Positions 1-17,545 of a stretch of 64,000 nt of DNA are shown here, piece by piece. The first letter of the stretch is position 1, and every line of letters starts with the position of its first letter. The notes under the pieces were generated by a model that worked only from the letters and a program-made list of their open reading frames with translations, did no database searches and had not been told where the DNA came from. Position numbers and translations under genes: made by a program. The DNA lies in the NCBI RefSeq assembly GCF_009914755.1, contig NC_060937.1; one strand, 5' to 3'. Source of the DNA: the human T2T-CHM13v2.0 reference genome, Homo sapiens.

Positions 1-984
1 AGCCTTCCAGTTCCCTCTAATTTTAAATTGCTTTCTCAGCCCACTGTTTTACCATACCTTAACATCTTGGAAGCATTTGACTCTTGCCTTCCAGTAACTT
101 CACCATAAATTATGATACTTTCTACCAGTGTAGTCCTATCTTTGTGACCCCTGTTATCCCTGTCTCTCATTTCTCCAATCAAAACAAATAGACCATAAAC
201 ATATACACAGGTACATAAGCTTACTCCCTGCCTGAAACAAAAACACTGATTTGTGTCTTTTCATTGAAGTTTCTTATTTATTATTTTGATCTTTATGAGC
301 TCTTCAGTAATTACTTTAAGACAGCAGCTCAAAATAGAGCCCTGTCTTAGTATTTTTACAAATAAATTATAGTTATTCTGATTACAATATAGCTTTAGGA
401 ATGGAAGAACAAAATAAAATGTTATCATCAAATATTACTGTCTTGGGGAGAAACAGGAATACTTACGTGTATGTATGTGTTTGTGTGTATCCAGGAATAG
501 GCCCATAGAAATAAAGTCTGTTTTTGCTTCATTCTTCCTCACATTTCAAATATCTTTGCTTCTAGAAATCTCTTTGGCCCAGCTGGCTGGCCTGGCCTCT
601 GAAGACAAACACCCTGTCTGTGCCTCACAAAAATAAGTCTATTTTGCTAGTAGATTCTAAGAGACAGAGAAAAATTCATAACTCAGGAATGAACACCTGT
701 GGTCAAATTTCAGAAAATAAAATAGGTCATTCAAAACATATTTTGGTTTTGTCCTGGTATCTTTAAGGTATATCATGACATTGGCTGGCCACTTAGCCAC
801 TGCTTATAAAGTTAGCCTTATACTTTATTTTTATTTGTTGGTAAAGAATCCAAGTTAGAGCCTTTTAGGTCTTGGGTAAGTGTTATTTTACAAGTAAATC
901 AAGTTGATGGATTTGAATTTCAAATACACGTTGAAATGGACTATAGATCACCACAGGATATTTAAAAAGGCAAAGAGGCATGAC

Positions 985-3420
<2,436 letters not shown>

Positions 3421-3624
3421 TGAATGTGGTTATAATATTAAGCTATCAAAAGGTAATTATTAAACTCTATAATGACTTTTCAGACTGTAAACTTCTTGAC
3501 AGTTTAAGTACCTACCCTCTGGCAATGTTTTTGGTACCTAAGTAGTAGTTTTTATTAGCTAACTGGTAGTTCAATTAATATGTCATTTGGGGGAATATAT
3601 ACTTTCTTTCATCCAAATTAGTGC

Positions 3625-4050
3625 CATTAAACAACTATTCTGTAATATGTCACAGCAGACTACTATGCTGTACACTTTGTAAAATGGAAAGATATATAAG
3701 AATCAGTCCCAGCCTCAATGAGCTATAGTCTCATTTGTGAGAGCATACCAATTCTTAGGTAATTATAATATTAATACAAAGCAATATTTAGTAATATTTG
3801 AGTGAGGCATTAACTAACCTGTATGCTTTATAAAGACATACATGAATATCCAGACTTCTATTCCCGAGTAGCATGGGATGAAACCGCCAGGCTTCTTTGA
3901 GAAACATTAAGTTATTTAAAATAAAGTATGAGAGCAATAGTAGTTGAAGATAAGACTGCAACTCTACTGCAAAGTAGAGTCCAAATTCAATCAAGGAGGA
4001 TCTTGAATGCCCAGCTAAAGATTAGACCTGGTTCTACCTGGTTCTGTAAG
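3625..4050 (-). mobile_element. L2 fragment
   Basis: AAGAATCAGTCCCAGCCTCAATGAGCTATAGTCT resembles the antisense L2 3' region. Confidence 0.45.
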
Positions 4051-6868
4051 CAACTCAATTTTACAAATAAGGAAATATATCTTGAGAGGTCCTGACCTGC
4101 CTTTGGTGATAATAAATCAGAACTGGGAGTTCATAATAAAAAGAAGGTAATCACCTTAATCCTTAATGAAATTCTTCACCTTCACCAAACCAGTTTATGT
4201 GACTGATTATTATACCGGTGTTGCTTTATACTCATAAAAATAATTTGTTTATTGTCCATTTTTAATTATATTCTTCTATTTCTAATTATATTTCTTAGTT
4301 GTAAAACTAAATTGATGAAGAATGGAAAACAACAATTATTCTCTAGCCATGACAGATATAATAGGCATTCATGTCATATGATACTAAATGTTATAATGAG
4401 GTCACAGGGCACTGGAGAAAAGGAAACAAGCCATATAGTACCTCTGAGTGATGAATGTGAGGGGAAACATCTTATATAGGGCACTAGCCAGGATATTTAT
4501 CATTTAGTACTGAAAACCTGATGACATGATAACAAGGATTTTCTATGGTAGTCATGATAGCAGAATCCCATAGACTCTCTTCATGATGTCTTTATCCCTT
4601 TAGCCCAGCACTTGCTTAAACAAGAGGCAAATGGCCACAGATTTCATTTGAAATGATAAAAATACCTTTATCATTTCCTTTTTGGCTGTTGTTTTAGTTA
4701 TCTTAATATTCAGAACAAATAATGTAATTCTATTTTATTTAACATATACTTAAGCACCAGAAGGCTAGCCTTTGTAGTTGGAAGGAAGGTAAAAGGAGAA
4801 ACACAAGCCATATAGATGAGAAACTCATTAACAGTTTTGTTGTTTTGGGGAGTATACTGCATTTGGAGTAGTAAATGCTGTCTTTTAGAAAACATTAATT
4901 GCACATAACAATTATCAATAAATAATTGTGAAATGAATTAATGCAAAAAGGGAGTGAACTGTTATCATTTCTACATAAGCCTATATGCACAGTGTTAATC
5001 TCTTCTCATTCACTTGTTTTTTAAATCACAACTTTTTAATAGGTTTACATTTTCCAAAAAGTGTATTTATATTATTCACTTTAATAGTAAAAATGCCTGT
5101 ATTTTGCAACATGATAAAAAATTTCATAAGCTAATTTGAACTAAAAGTGGTTAATTTGGTAGCAAGGGAAACTTTAGTTCATCTTAAGCCCCTAGTTTAG
5201 ACTTTTATGGGCTGTATTTCAAATTCAAACTTTTGCTACAAACAAAGGAAGAGTAATCATTCTGGTGTGAACAGTGCCACTGAAGGACATAATTCTCTCA
5301 TACCATCTGTCTTTATATAACCTTTAGACCAGCAGGCACTAATTGATAATACAGTTGCTTTTCCCTCTGTCCTTAAATGCATTAATACTGGCCAGATACA
5401 CATCTCACTATACACTGATTATACATACCAGTACCTTATAGATTTGAGGAAATTTGAATTGTAAGAGAATTCATGGAAGAGAAATTTAGACATAGGCTTT
5501 AGTGGAGGTAAATCATCAAAACTGCCCATCTAGAAAGACTCCGAATTTGGTAAGTTAGGTGACCTCAAACTGAGGGAGGTTAGATGACTTGGTAGAATTT
5601 TTAAGAGCATTCAGAATTGAGAATAGAAGGACGTATATTATCTAAAGTCAGAAAATAAAATAATATCAGCCAGGACCAAGATATGCCTAATCAATATATT
5701 AACTGTCAATAGCATTATTTAAGGGGGAGAGTGAACAGATGGAATAGGGATTGTTCATGTAACATAGTTCAGTCTAATTCAGAGAGCTATAGGGTTTTGC
5801 ATACCCAGGGGAATGATTGTCAATGTGTAGCTGGAAATAATGCTTTTAAGTGAACTTTTAGATCAACTCAAGGCAGAGATAATCCAAAATACAGCTTTTA
5901 GATTGAGAAGAAAAGCAATGAGAGACCATTGTGGGTGAGAGGGTCAGGCATAGCCAAGCGATGTGACTGGTCCTCGTGCAGGCATCCTCCTAGCCCAGAG
6001 ACAACAGTCACTACACAGGATCTATTGGACGTAGCTGTACTGCTGAGAAAGACATGGAAGGATATAGTATATAATACAGAAGTTAGGAAAATGAACAATA
6101 ACTAAAATTATTCATGAAATTTGACCTCGATGACAGGAATAATGTTGGTAAAATTTTTATCAGTATTTTTAAAGACAAGGAAAAGAATTTCAGGAAAAAA
6201 TACAAATTTGTGTGTATGAGCATGTTTAAACATATTTTTATGTTTAAGGTAAATGTATAGTTTCTTCTATGTTTGGCATAGTGATGAAAAAGCCAAGCAG
6301 ATAGGTATTGGCATATGACTGGCTGGCCAAAAGAGAGTCAATCTGGAAAGATGAATCCAGTATAGAGGCACAAGTGATTTCTAGAACTAATTGAAAGAAA
6401 AATTGAAAAGGAAAGAGATTCTAATACCAAGGCCCAGTCACACCCATACTGAGTGAGGTAGCATGCGGAAGTCACTAAGACACCAAGGAAAAGGTTAGAA
6501 AACTGGAAGAAAAACATGAACAACATGAATATTAATTTTCAGATGCTAATATTATATCAGTGTTCTGTTACTGAATCAGTTGTAATGTTCTAAAGAGTAT
6601 TTACTTATCCTAAGCTTTTATACCTAAATGGATTCTCTCTACCTTTAGTAAAAATTGCTAACCAGTAAATTACATCTCTGAGACATTAAGTAGAACCTTT
6701 GAAGTATGTGAGAGTAATACATCTCCAAAAGTACGTTATATGTAATCAGAGGAGTGATTATTTCTTCAGTGGATTAAAGCCTTCTCTTGTCAAAGCTGTC
6801 TTACTTAGGCTTTTCTACAAAGCAGTTTTTAAAATGCATCCCATCAGCATCTAGAACCTTGAATAATC

Positions 6869-7179
<311 letters not shown>

Positions 7180-7764
7180 TAATTACTTATTTTCAATCAT
7201 CTTCATTTTGCAAGTGGACTACTTTTTCTGGAAAGATTATGATATTGCACCATTCCCATTGTTAATTACAAGTTCAGCTGAGGATCACCAAACAGGATTC
7301 AGTCTGAAAATATTATCTACTTTTTGATGTTACCTTTCTCTTTCGAAAGTATACTCCTGCTACTGTTGGCTCAGATGTCCTGTGTTTTAAACACTGCATT
7401 TATAGTATTACATTTTTTCCTTCTACTGGTGATAGTTTTATTCTTCAAGTAAATCTTTTTTAGTCTCTGCTGCATTAAAATTTTAATAAGTTCTAAAATA
7501 GTTCAGCTTTTTTAGACTTCAGTAAGTTAAGGTTGGCTTGAGTTTCTGTATGTATTACTTGTAGAGTACTTTGTTTTGATTATTCTATGAGGTAAAGGTT
7601 TTAAAATTTTTGTTTTAAAATTACAGTTTTTTATAATTAGTTTTTTGCCTTGCTTTTTTCTTTTTAAGCATTTTGCTTCCACCTGGTTGAACAATATAAA
7701 TCATACATTTCTCAATTTACAACATTAAGAAATTAATATTTTATTTTATTTAACATACTAGTTG

Positions 7765-8080
<316 letters not shown>

Positions 8081-11000
8081 CATGTTAACTGGAAATGTTT
8101 TGTCTTTGGTATGTGCCTAATGAAATAAAATCTCTATTGCTGTTCTCTGTTTCATACTGACTGAACAGGGATTGGTTTTATATAAGGCTCACCACAGTGC
8201 CATGCACATGTGGAAGGTGGAGCTTAATAAATAACATTTACCATCACTGATTTACATTGTTTCCCCATCCCATCCATTTTCTTGTAATGTTTTATATAAT
8301 TTCCTAGAGAGATTCACAGTAAATATAATGGTATTTCAGGTAATTACATTAATGTGCCAGGTTTTAATTAAAATACACATTTTCTGAATATATAATAGAA
8401 AACCTACAATGTTTATAAATAGATAAAATAAATATGTTAAAAATAAAATATATAATTTGAAGTTGAATGCTGTCAATTTGGAAGATTTTTTTAAAGGCCA
8501 TGATTATTCCATAACTGTTTATTTTCTCTAGATTCTTAATGGTACTCACAATTAAATACTAATAGTGTGGCAACAAATACTTACACTTTGTTTGCAAAAT
8601 ATATTGATGTTCTACTTTAAACTCTCCAGTACATTATGGATGACTTGAGCAAAATTCCTATTAACAGAATTTTCATCCGTACATTTGTGAATTAAGAAAC
8701 AATTAAGTGTTCTCTGTCCCCAAAATATTTCTACTACATAGTCTGAAATTCTTGCAAAATGCTTTATTAATGCTTAATGCCACTTTTAGCTGTTAGTTAA
8801 CAAATGGAGGTACTTTGTATGTTACATAATAATTCACTGACTCTAAAATTTTTCTCTTTTTAATTCTAAATATTTACAATAGCTCATTATAAAATAACTA
8901 TAGGCTTATCTAATCCTGTAAGATAATGTTGACCTAGTTAAAAATTGAGAACAGGCAAAATGAAAAAGTAATAGTTATTTCCCAAAGTATTTTTTAAAAT
9001 TCAATGTTTTGGTTAACTAGATTTAACAATTAGTTTGTAACCATGATTGACCATCAAGGCAAACAAACCTGAATTTCATTTGATCATTTTATTTTCTAAA
9101 CCTCTGTTTAAAAATATATTGAGTTTTTTATGGTTGTTGATAAATGTGGCTGCCCTAAGCTTATAGCAGAAGATCAATGTTTTAAAAATTGAAACAGTAT
9201 AGGTTTGTATTGATTAATGTGGCTAAATCAAAACGAGAGGTTTTGTAACAGCTTTCTTAGACAGGCTGCTCCCCAGTAATGGCAACCTATCAATTTTAGC
9301 TTTCCACTGATAAATCAGCTTGAAAATTGGATGTCAAAATTTTTTTCACTGAAGTAGTGATTTTTTCATGCCCTTTAACCTTTTCTGATATATTAGATTG
9401 GTTTATAAGACTAAGCTCTATCTTATAGAAAGTAGTTGTCAAATTGACATTTGGATAGATTTTTAAATGATTGTAACAACTATTTTTATCCCTGTATATA
9501 AAATACCTGTGTGTATAATCATATATATTCTACCTCCCTAACTAGAAGGATTGTTTATCATGAGAAAAATTCAATTTCGCATTACAAAATTATAGATGTG
9601 CTGTTTATGGGTCTTGGATATTCAAAGAAGGTCAGAGCCTCAACTGGAAGGTTAAGACACATGGTTCCAGAAGTATTTTAGTTTTCATTGAGTAGGGACA
9701 TTGATTTTTTTTCCTTGCGAATTGATTTTTTTTCCCTTTTTTTCTTTTTATTTCCTTGAAAATTACTAATGGATTAATTAATGGCACCTATTCTATGTTG
9801 TTATATGGTCAATAGTAACTTGATATGCTTTATTACCAAAAACAACGAAAACAAAAAACTGACAACACTTTCTTATTTATCAGGAACCAGTATTGAGGAT
9901 TTGAAATAACACTAGAAAAGATTTGATTAACAGCACAGGAAAACAGGCTTAATTTGGATTTAATGGGGTAGACTTCAGTGACAGCTGACAGTACCATACC
10001 TTCATGCCTACATAGCCGACTTTAAGTTAGCCTGAAAAGGTATTGATTGTGAAGTTCCTGTTGTATAATTACTTTTTGCTAGGAAAAAAAAATGCATGGT
10101 GTATTGATCTAGATGGGAGCATTTGAGTAGCAGTTTCCCTTGGCTAACAGTGAGTGTCATCTTTCAGCCATGATAAATGGTAACGCTCTGGCTCAGCATA
10201 ATTACTTTGTGGTGAAATGAACCTCCTATCCCCTTCGCCTTTTCCCTGCAAGGAGATATAGTAATCATCATCGTCTGAAAGCCATGATTTACTGAACTAA
10301 TCATCCTCTTAATAGAGGAAAATCTTTCCCCCCAGAGTGTGTCCAGTTTTTGCTAACTGAAACAGAAATGCATTATGAAATGATAGAATTTTTTTAAATT
10401 TCCGAATCCACAAATACACATCTTTTTAATCAACTATCAATTATTCCTGACCTATGCTTCTCCCCTCTGTCTATTCCCTACCTACTAGGTAACCTTTGAT
10501 CTTAACATCGAATATAAATAAAAAGAGAAAAGAGAGATGGCCAAATCTTATGTACTCATTTTGACGATAGGTGGAATAATTATGTAAAGAAATTTATTAC
10601 ATTTGGCAAAAATAGGAATTTATTTAGTTAAAATATGTCTTGGAAAGCCTTCTGGGTGTAACACTTTTTCATACAATTTTTAGTGTTAAGCAACATTATT
10701 ATTTTTTAGTTTCTGTGATGGTTCTCTACATTAAGAGGCAAATAAGATGCCTTTAATGTGGAAACCATACATTCCCCCCAATTCTAAAAAACTAAGATAA
10801 TTTATATTGTATGCTAGCTTTTTTGACAAAGATATTTAATATGTTATCTATTTTTTATTAAGCCTGTGTTATATTTTGCTGAAAATAGATCTGTATTTAC
10901 TTGCCAGTACTTTAATATTTCCCCTGGGTAATGACTTTTAGTTAAGTAATGTTATTTAAAGAATATCTGGCAGTCATTTTAGATCATTTTAAGACTGCTG

Positions 11001-12314
11001 TGAAGGGTTTGGATAAAGGTCATTTTCAGTGATTGTGCTTAGTTAAATAAATGTGAAAGGTTTCACAAAGGGAATCTTGCTTTTCAGTGTGCTGTCATAA
11101 ATTTCCTCTTAGCACATCTGGGAATACCAAGTAAAATGTAGTTGTTTCTGCCTTGAAGGCATTATATTTTATATTTTCCTTCTCTTTGTTTATTTTCTCC
11201 TCATAATTCTATTTATTCCCACAACTGAGCACAGAGGTTTCATTTTGTCATAAATTAGATCCTCCACTTTTGACAGTTTGTGGAAACCCCTACCTATATT
11301 TCTCTAAACGTTTACGAAGAGTAGATTTTTTTGCTAAGACTTCTTGAAAAGTCTGGCGGGTTTCTTTTTTTTTTTTTTTCTTTTGGTAAACAATTCCTCC
11401 CTGAATATAACCCTGGTTCACAGTTTGCTCCCACTCTGACCACAGCTGGCCTCTTGCTGTTCACAGCCGAAAAGTGAAATCAATTCTTGGTCTAACAAAA
11501 TGCCAAATGCAGATGAAAGCCATTCTGATCATTCATAGTCATTTCCCGTAATTGTATCAGCCTGTGGTACTTATATGATCTCTGGAAAGCATTGTTTATT
11601 CAAGTAAATTCAGTCCCAGCTTCTTTGTTGAGTGTTGCTGTCTTCTAGGAAAATAATACTTCCTTAAACCCATAAGCATTGTGAATACTCATCATTATGC
11701 AGTTTTCTAAAATAACCGTTGCTTTTTCCCCCTAAGGAAATATTACATGTCTAATCAAATCCTTTATTATTTAAATTCTAGAAATTTGTATTCTAGGCAA
11801 AGATGTCTCTCTATTTCTTACTGTTAACAAAATTTAAAATTCTGAAACCAAAAAAATGCTAAAATACCTCAATCCAAATGATCATTGATCTAGTATTTTC
11901 TTAAAATTTTTTAAATGAGATTAGATAGAAAGCTGTATTATTATAGCTGAATGCTTCAAAGGTCACAGAACAACTGTGAGTTTGATGGAAAACAGCTTTT
12001 CTCCTTCCTATTTTAAATGGTTCCTACTTTGATTGCAAGCATTTATTATAATTATCAAGAGATTAGTCTGCTGTGATAGAATCCTTGTAATGGAACCATT
12101 TAAAAGGAATATAATGGCAGTTTATTGGATTCTGCAAAAGAAAGGAGCACAGATAAAGTGGTCCTTTTATAAATGGCTCAACTGCTAGCTGAGTATACTA
12201 ATTTTATTATTCTCTCTTAGTTCCCTCACTTTAGTAGTTTTTGTGGTTAAGATTACAGTTTTTTTCTAATATATAACCTGTCCTCTGGTCATTTCTATGG
12301 TTTATGTCTTTTGT

Positions 12315-12317
<3 letters not shown>

Positions 12318-12361
<44 letters not shown>
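12318..12361. repeat. (GT)22 microsatellite
   Basis: Perfect dinucleotide run. Confidence 0.98.
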
Positions 12362-12364
<3 letters not shown>

Positions 12365-13349
12365 CAGTACTCTCTGATATATCGTTTTTGTTTTAGAACA
12401 TATATTTGTATAATATTTTTTCTAAGATTATTTTGAATATTTACATTTTGATTTTTGAAACTTATAGGCATATTAGATGAGTCCATTCATCACTTCTCAT
12501 TCATGTGTACTTATTCTCTAGGTACAATAAAGCAATCCCTCCCAGTGCAGTAAATACCCAGGAAGTGGGACTTAAGACCTATTCCGTGCTAATACCTTTT
12601 CTATAAAAATTAATGCAGTTGACACTCAGGGTAGATATATTTGGATTCTTTCTAATTTCTCAAAGGCAAAAATAAGGGCTTTAACACTTTCTTTTTCTTT
12701 GGAGACTTTAATCCATTTGGAACCAGACACAAGACAATACAAGGACAAAATTTTTGAAGAACCTAAATTCAGTAAACTAGATATTCCTGTTCTTTCCCAA
12801 ACTGGAAACTAGTAGAATTGCAATGTTTGCTAAAATACTTGAATAAACAATTAGAGAATCGATGCCTGCAGAGAAAAGGCACTAAATGTTATCTGTCAGA
12901 GGTGTCAGGGCTAGGTAGAAGACTCAAGTTCATCCAAACAGATTCTTGTGAAGTGGGGGACTGGAATGGGGAAACTTAAATAATGCTAAAATAAGGCTAT
13001 TTTAGAGATTATACACTTTCTGAAAACAAAAATCAGCTAGTAAGTACCTTGCACTAATAGGTATCTTGAGCATAATAGGTCTTCAAGAATATTTTTTGGA
13101 AAATTTTGTTTTTATTAAAGTAGTAAAGGAAACATCACTTTTTAAATCTTAAATTTTATATTTCTTTGAAGAATTTCAAATTGTATTATCTCCTTTTTTA
13201 TATTTTGTGTTATCAGTGTACATGTTGTTATTTTCTTAATATTGCTGCTATACAAAAATGCCTGATTGAAGAGGAGTAATGGTTTTATTTCTTCATACTT
13301 ACCTGAAAATTCTTAAATCAGTTGTCCTATGCCATAAGAAGGCCTTGCA

Positions 13350-13660
13350 TTCCAGGTGCAGTGGCTCATGCCTGTAATCCCAACACTTTGGGAGGCCAAG
13401 ACTCGCAGATCACTTGAGGTCAAAAGTTCGAGACCAGCCTGGCCAACATGGTGAAACCCTGTCTCTACTAAAAATATAAAAATTTGCTGGGCTTGATGGC
13501 ACGCACCTGTGATCCCTGCTCCTGGGGATGCTGAGGCAGGAGAATCACTTGAACCCAGGAGGCAGAGGTTGCAGGGAGTTGAGACTGTGCCACTGCATTC
13601 CAGCCTGGGTGACATAGCCAGACTTGATCTCAAAAAAAAAAAAAAAGAAGAAGAAGAAGA
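13350..13660 (+). mobile_element. AluS (Sx/Sz-like) with A/(GAA)n tail
   Basis: CAGGTGCAGTGGCTCATGCCTGTAATCCC...GATCACTTGAGGTC...poly(A). Confidence 0.93.
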
Positions 13661-16600
13661 GGGCCATATAGCTTAAAGGTTTCTAGAGATAATAACTCAC
13701 TGTAAGAGTATACCTAGTTTTCTTTTCTTCATTACTTGAGTTTCATGTTGTACACATAGAAGAATTTGAAATTGTAGTTATGCAACTGTTATTATAGATA
13801 TAAAAGAAGTTATTTAAAAGAGAGACATAGTTCAGAAAGACTGAATAATGAAGATGGTTAAAGATTTACAAATTTGTTGTACATTCTACAAGTTTACCTT
13901 GCTTTGCTATTTAGTTGCATACTTAAGCTTTGCTTAAAAGAATGTTATACATGTGTGTTAATATTTACATGGATGTTTTTAGGTAAATAATCATTGTAGA
14001 TGTATGAAGTATGTGTATATAAATAAATAAGAATATTGGAAACATGGAACATAAAAGTAATTCAGAAGGGTAATTTCTGTGCACTTGATTCTTATGAGCA
14101 CTACACAAAATATCTAAACAAGTGAAATAAGGAAATTTACATGTATTAATTGAAAACTATCTCTGGCATTGATTGTCAAACCAAGTCATCAGAAAGTTAT
14201 TTCTTACTAACTTTTCCTCAGATATAATTATATCTGTTAATTTTGCAAATGAGTTTTCTATACAACTGAATTTAGTTTTTGATTCTATCTCTGTTGTAAG
14301 CAATACCACACATATAGTGCTACTTTCATTAATATGAGTTTGATCAATAGTGGAGCTAAATTTATATATAGGGGAGACGTAAGAATAATTGCAGTCCGCT
14401 TGGTAGAAGGTATCACAAGCACACTGTTTCTCTTAGATTTTATATAATAAGTGAATAAAAATAAACTTTTCTACAAATATCATATTTGTATTTTGTATGC
14501 AATATTTTTATTAATTTTATTTAGAAGAATTCAGGGAGACTGGTAAGATCATCCTTTAATCATTTATGAAAATGAAAGCAAAAGAAAAGATTTATGTTTA
14601 CTTGCTAGTACTGTAATAAGGCAACTGAGAAATATTATTGAAAATAAATTAAGGAATTGTGGCATTTATTCAAGCACTTGGACCAAAAAGGGAGAAGAGT
14701 TTTACTTTTAGGAATTGTTACAGATCTCCAATCCCTTTAAAAGCCCTGAAGTATGTAAATTTTGTAATATGCCTATAGGAAACATCTGGTGGTAAAACCT
14801 AACTTGAGCCAGTATGTGTGTGTGTGGTTTTGTTTTTTTTGTTTTTTTTTTTTGCCTTTATCCCACTTAGAGTCAATATTCATACATTTCTTTGCAGAAA
14901 TATTAATTTATTTGATTACAGAGTAGTAATCTAAATGCTACTAGGAATGATATATAATACAAAGTAGCTGCACCATACTGATCTTCTAACATGAGAAAAA
15001 CTATGATTTGCAAAACATACTCAATCCCAAGGGTTGTGCATAAGAACCGTGCTAACGGTACAAATGGCAGATCAAAGCTGCCGTGAGACCTGGAGCAATC
15101 AGAAAGGAAAAGTTGAAGTCAGGTCTTTGAATAAATGGGACTTTTTTTGCCCTAGATAATTTCAAATTAAGAATGGTATCGTGCCTAGACCAAAGATGTT
15201 TTGAGGTGCAGAAGTTAAAAACTCAGTTGAGTTAGCAGTATTCAAAAGGAAGGTCCAAATAGGACACATTGTGGTTATTAATGACCTCCCAGGTCACAGT
15301 TGAACATTCCATTGGGAATTATTTCCTGTTATAGTTGTATTTGTTGGCTATCCAGAGCTAGCACTTTCGGAGTCCTATTCAGTAATTATGATCTACATTC
15401 TTTCTGAGAAGCTGTTTTTTTACAACCTCTCTAGACTAACCCTACCAATATGACTGGTTTGAAATTGTATTTAATCAATATAATTTGTCCAGTTACCCTA
15501 AAGTGAAAGATAGCAATTGTAATAGATTATTTTTCCCCGTACAACACCTTAAACAGTTAACTTGGAACAGTAATGGAAGCTGCCTCTCAAAACACATTTT
15601 AGCACATTAAAAAAATGATTTTTTAAATTCTCCTGGTAGACAACTAAATGTAAAATTGTAGAGCATCCGCTAGAGTTTTGCTTTCATCCCAGCTGAGATT
15701 AATTATAAGAAGTACAATACTCCAAAAATTAGGATAATTCTATGGCATAGAATAAATAGAAAATGATAACTTAGCTTTCATTGCCAAACATTTAAATTAA
15801 TATCCTTTGGTATGCTTTTTTCTTTAAAGTGTTTTATTTGGTGAAAATTGGAATCCAAAACATCATTTGAAACACTCATTTATTTCAGAAAATTTTCTGA
15901 TTATTTTATTGAGATTATTTAAATTTAGAGTCCTTTTTTGTTTTTCAGTTTCAAACATTTATGGAAAATTCAGGTACCATTAAAACATCCTTTTTCTTAT
16001 TTGAAATTTCTGTATGTAAATGGTACCAATGATATCCAAATTTGCAACTATGAAGTAGCTAAAACACTAAGACAATTAGAAATACAATTTTAGTGTATGG
16101 TTTTCCAAGTTAAAGGAAAGAAGTATGAAATACATTGTCTATCTTTGCTGTCTCCCTTCCATTTAGATTTGTATTTGATTAGACAGAGCAAACCTAGGCT
16201 TAAGTTATGTACCTTATTAGAGAAGTTATTCTCTAATTAGAAGTTATTCTCTAATAGGCTTATTTTCCCTGGGGATATGTGTTAAACAGTATAACTACTA
16301 CTTTTGCTGCCAGGAGCTGTATCCTAGAGATCAACAGCCCATTCTAGGTATTCTTTTATAATATGCAGCATACCAAGATGACTAAGGCTCACCTTCCTGT
16401 TTGAACTATTTTATATCATTGTATAGACACAGATGTACTAAGTGTGGGAAAATAGCATATCCTTCCCTTCCAGAAAAGCAGAGACTTTATTTAGCTTATC
16501 TATACTTCTTTTTGCTCCCAATCATTGATGGATTAGCCTATCTGCACCACGCACTTCAGCTGAACACTGTACAGATCTGAAAGGCTTACTTCTGGGAACA

Positions 16601-17545
16601 GACGTTTATGTATTTCTTTACCTAGAAGGAAAGGATTGTCTTTTCAAAACACAAGGGAAAGTGCATTTTGTAATTCTCTCCTTTCTTCCCTCACTCCCTT
16701 ACTTTTCCCTCTTGCCTTTTTTCCTCCCTTTTTGGTGTTAGAGTAGAGCTTCAAGTATATATGTGATCATTGATGAAAACTTAAGTGTTACAGTAAAGCT
16801 GTAATGTTTAGAAACATTTTTAAGTAGTTGTAAAGATTTTCCAAATCAAATAAAAAGTGGTTCAATTTCGATTTACCCACAAATACAAAGAATTAATATA
16901 AATGTATTTTTCTTGCTACATGAGCAAACTCGCTGGAAAAAAAAATGAGACATTTCATGCATTCTAGATCTTGGTATCTCCTCCACATAACATATGCATA
17001 TATACAAACACAGAACATGAACTCACTTCCCTGGGACATTTCCAAAACTATGCTAGACATGGATCCAGCTAAATTTGCAAATTCTCTACCAGATAATTCC
17101 TTGTGGTTTCTTCTCTCATCCTTATTATTTTCTTTTTCTACTTATATTAGGCTTACTTTGTTTTGTTTTGTTTTTTTCTAATTTTTTGAGGTACAAGCTT
17201 AAGTCATTGGTTTTAGATCTTTCTACTTTTTAAAAAATATAAATATTTAAAGCTGTAAGTTTCCTTCTACACACTGCCTTAACTGCATCCCACAATTTTT
17301 ATCTGTTTTACTTCCTTTGTTGAGTTTCAAATGCTTCCTACATTTAAATTTCTTTTGTAACCCATGTATTATTTAGAAGTATGTTGTTTAAGTTTCCGAT
17401 ATTTGGAGTGTTCATAGAGATCTTGTTATTGATTTATACTTCAACTCCATTGTAATCAGAGAACATACTCCATGTAATTTCAGTTCTTTTAAATTTGAAG
17501 ATTGTTTTAGGACACATTATATATGACATATCTTGTCAAACATAA

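Noticed and set aside
855-885. TTTTAG-GTCTTGG-GTAAGT as a 7-nt microexon
   Set aside because: Short pyrimidine tract with upstream AGs, and it would frameshift. A strong donor alone is common by chance.
9700-9735. 15-nt direct repeat ATTGATTTTTTTTCC x2 (also ACCTGGTTCT x2 near 4026)
   Set aside because: Short and low-complexity; ordinary slippage duplications.
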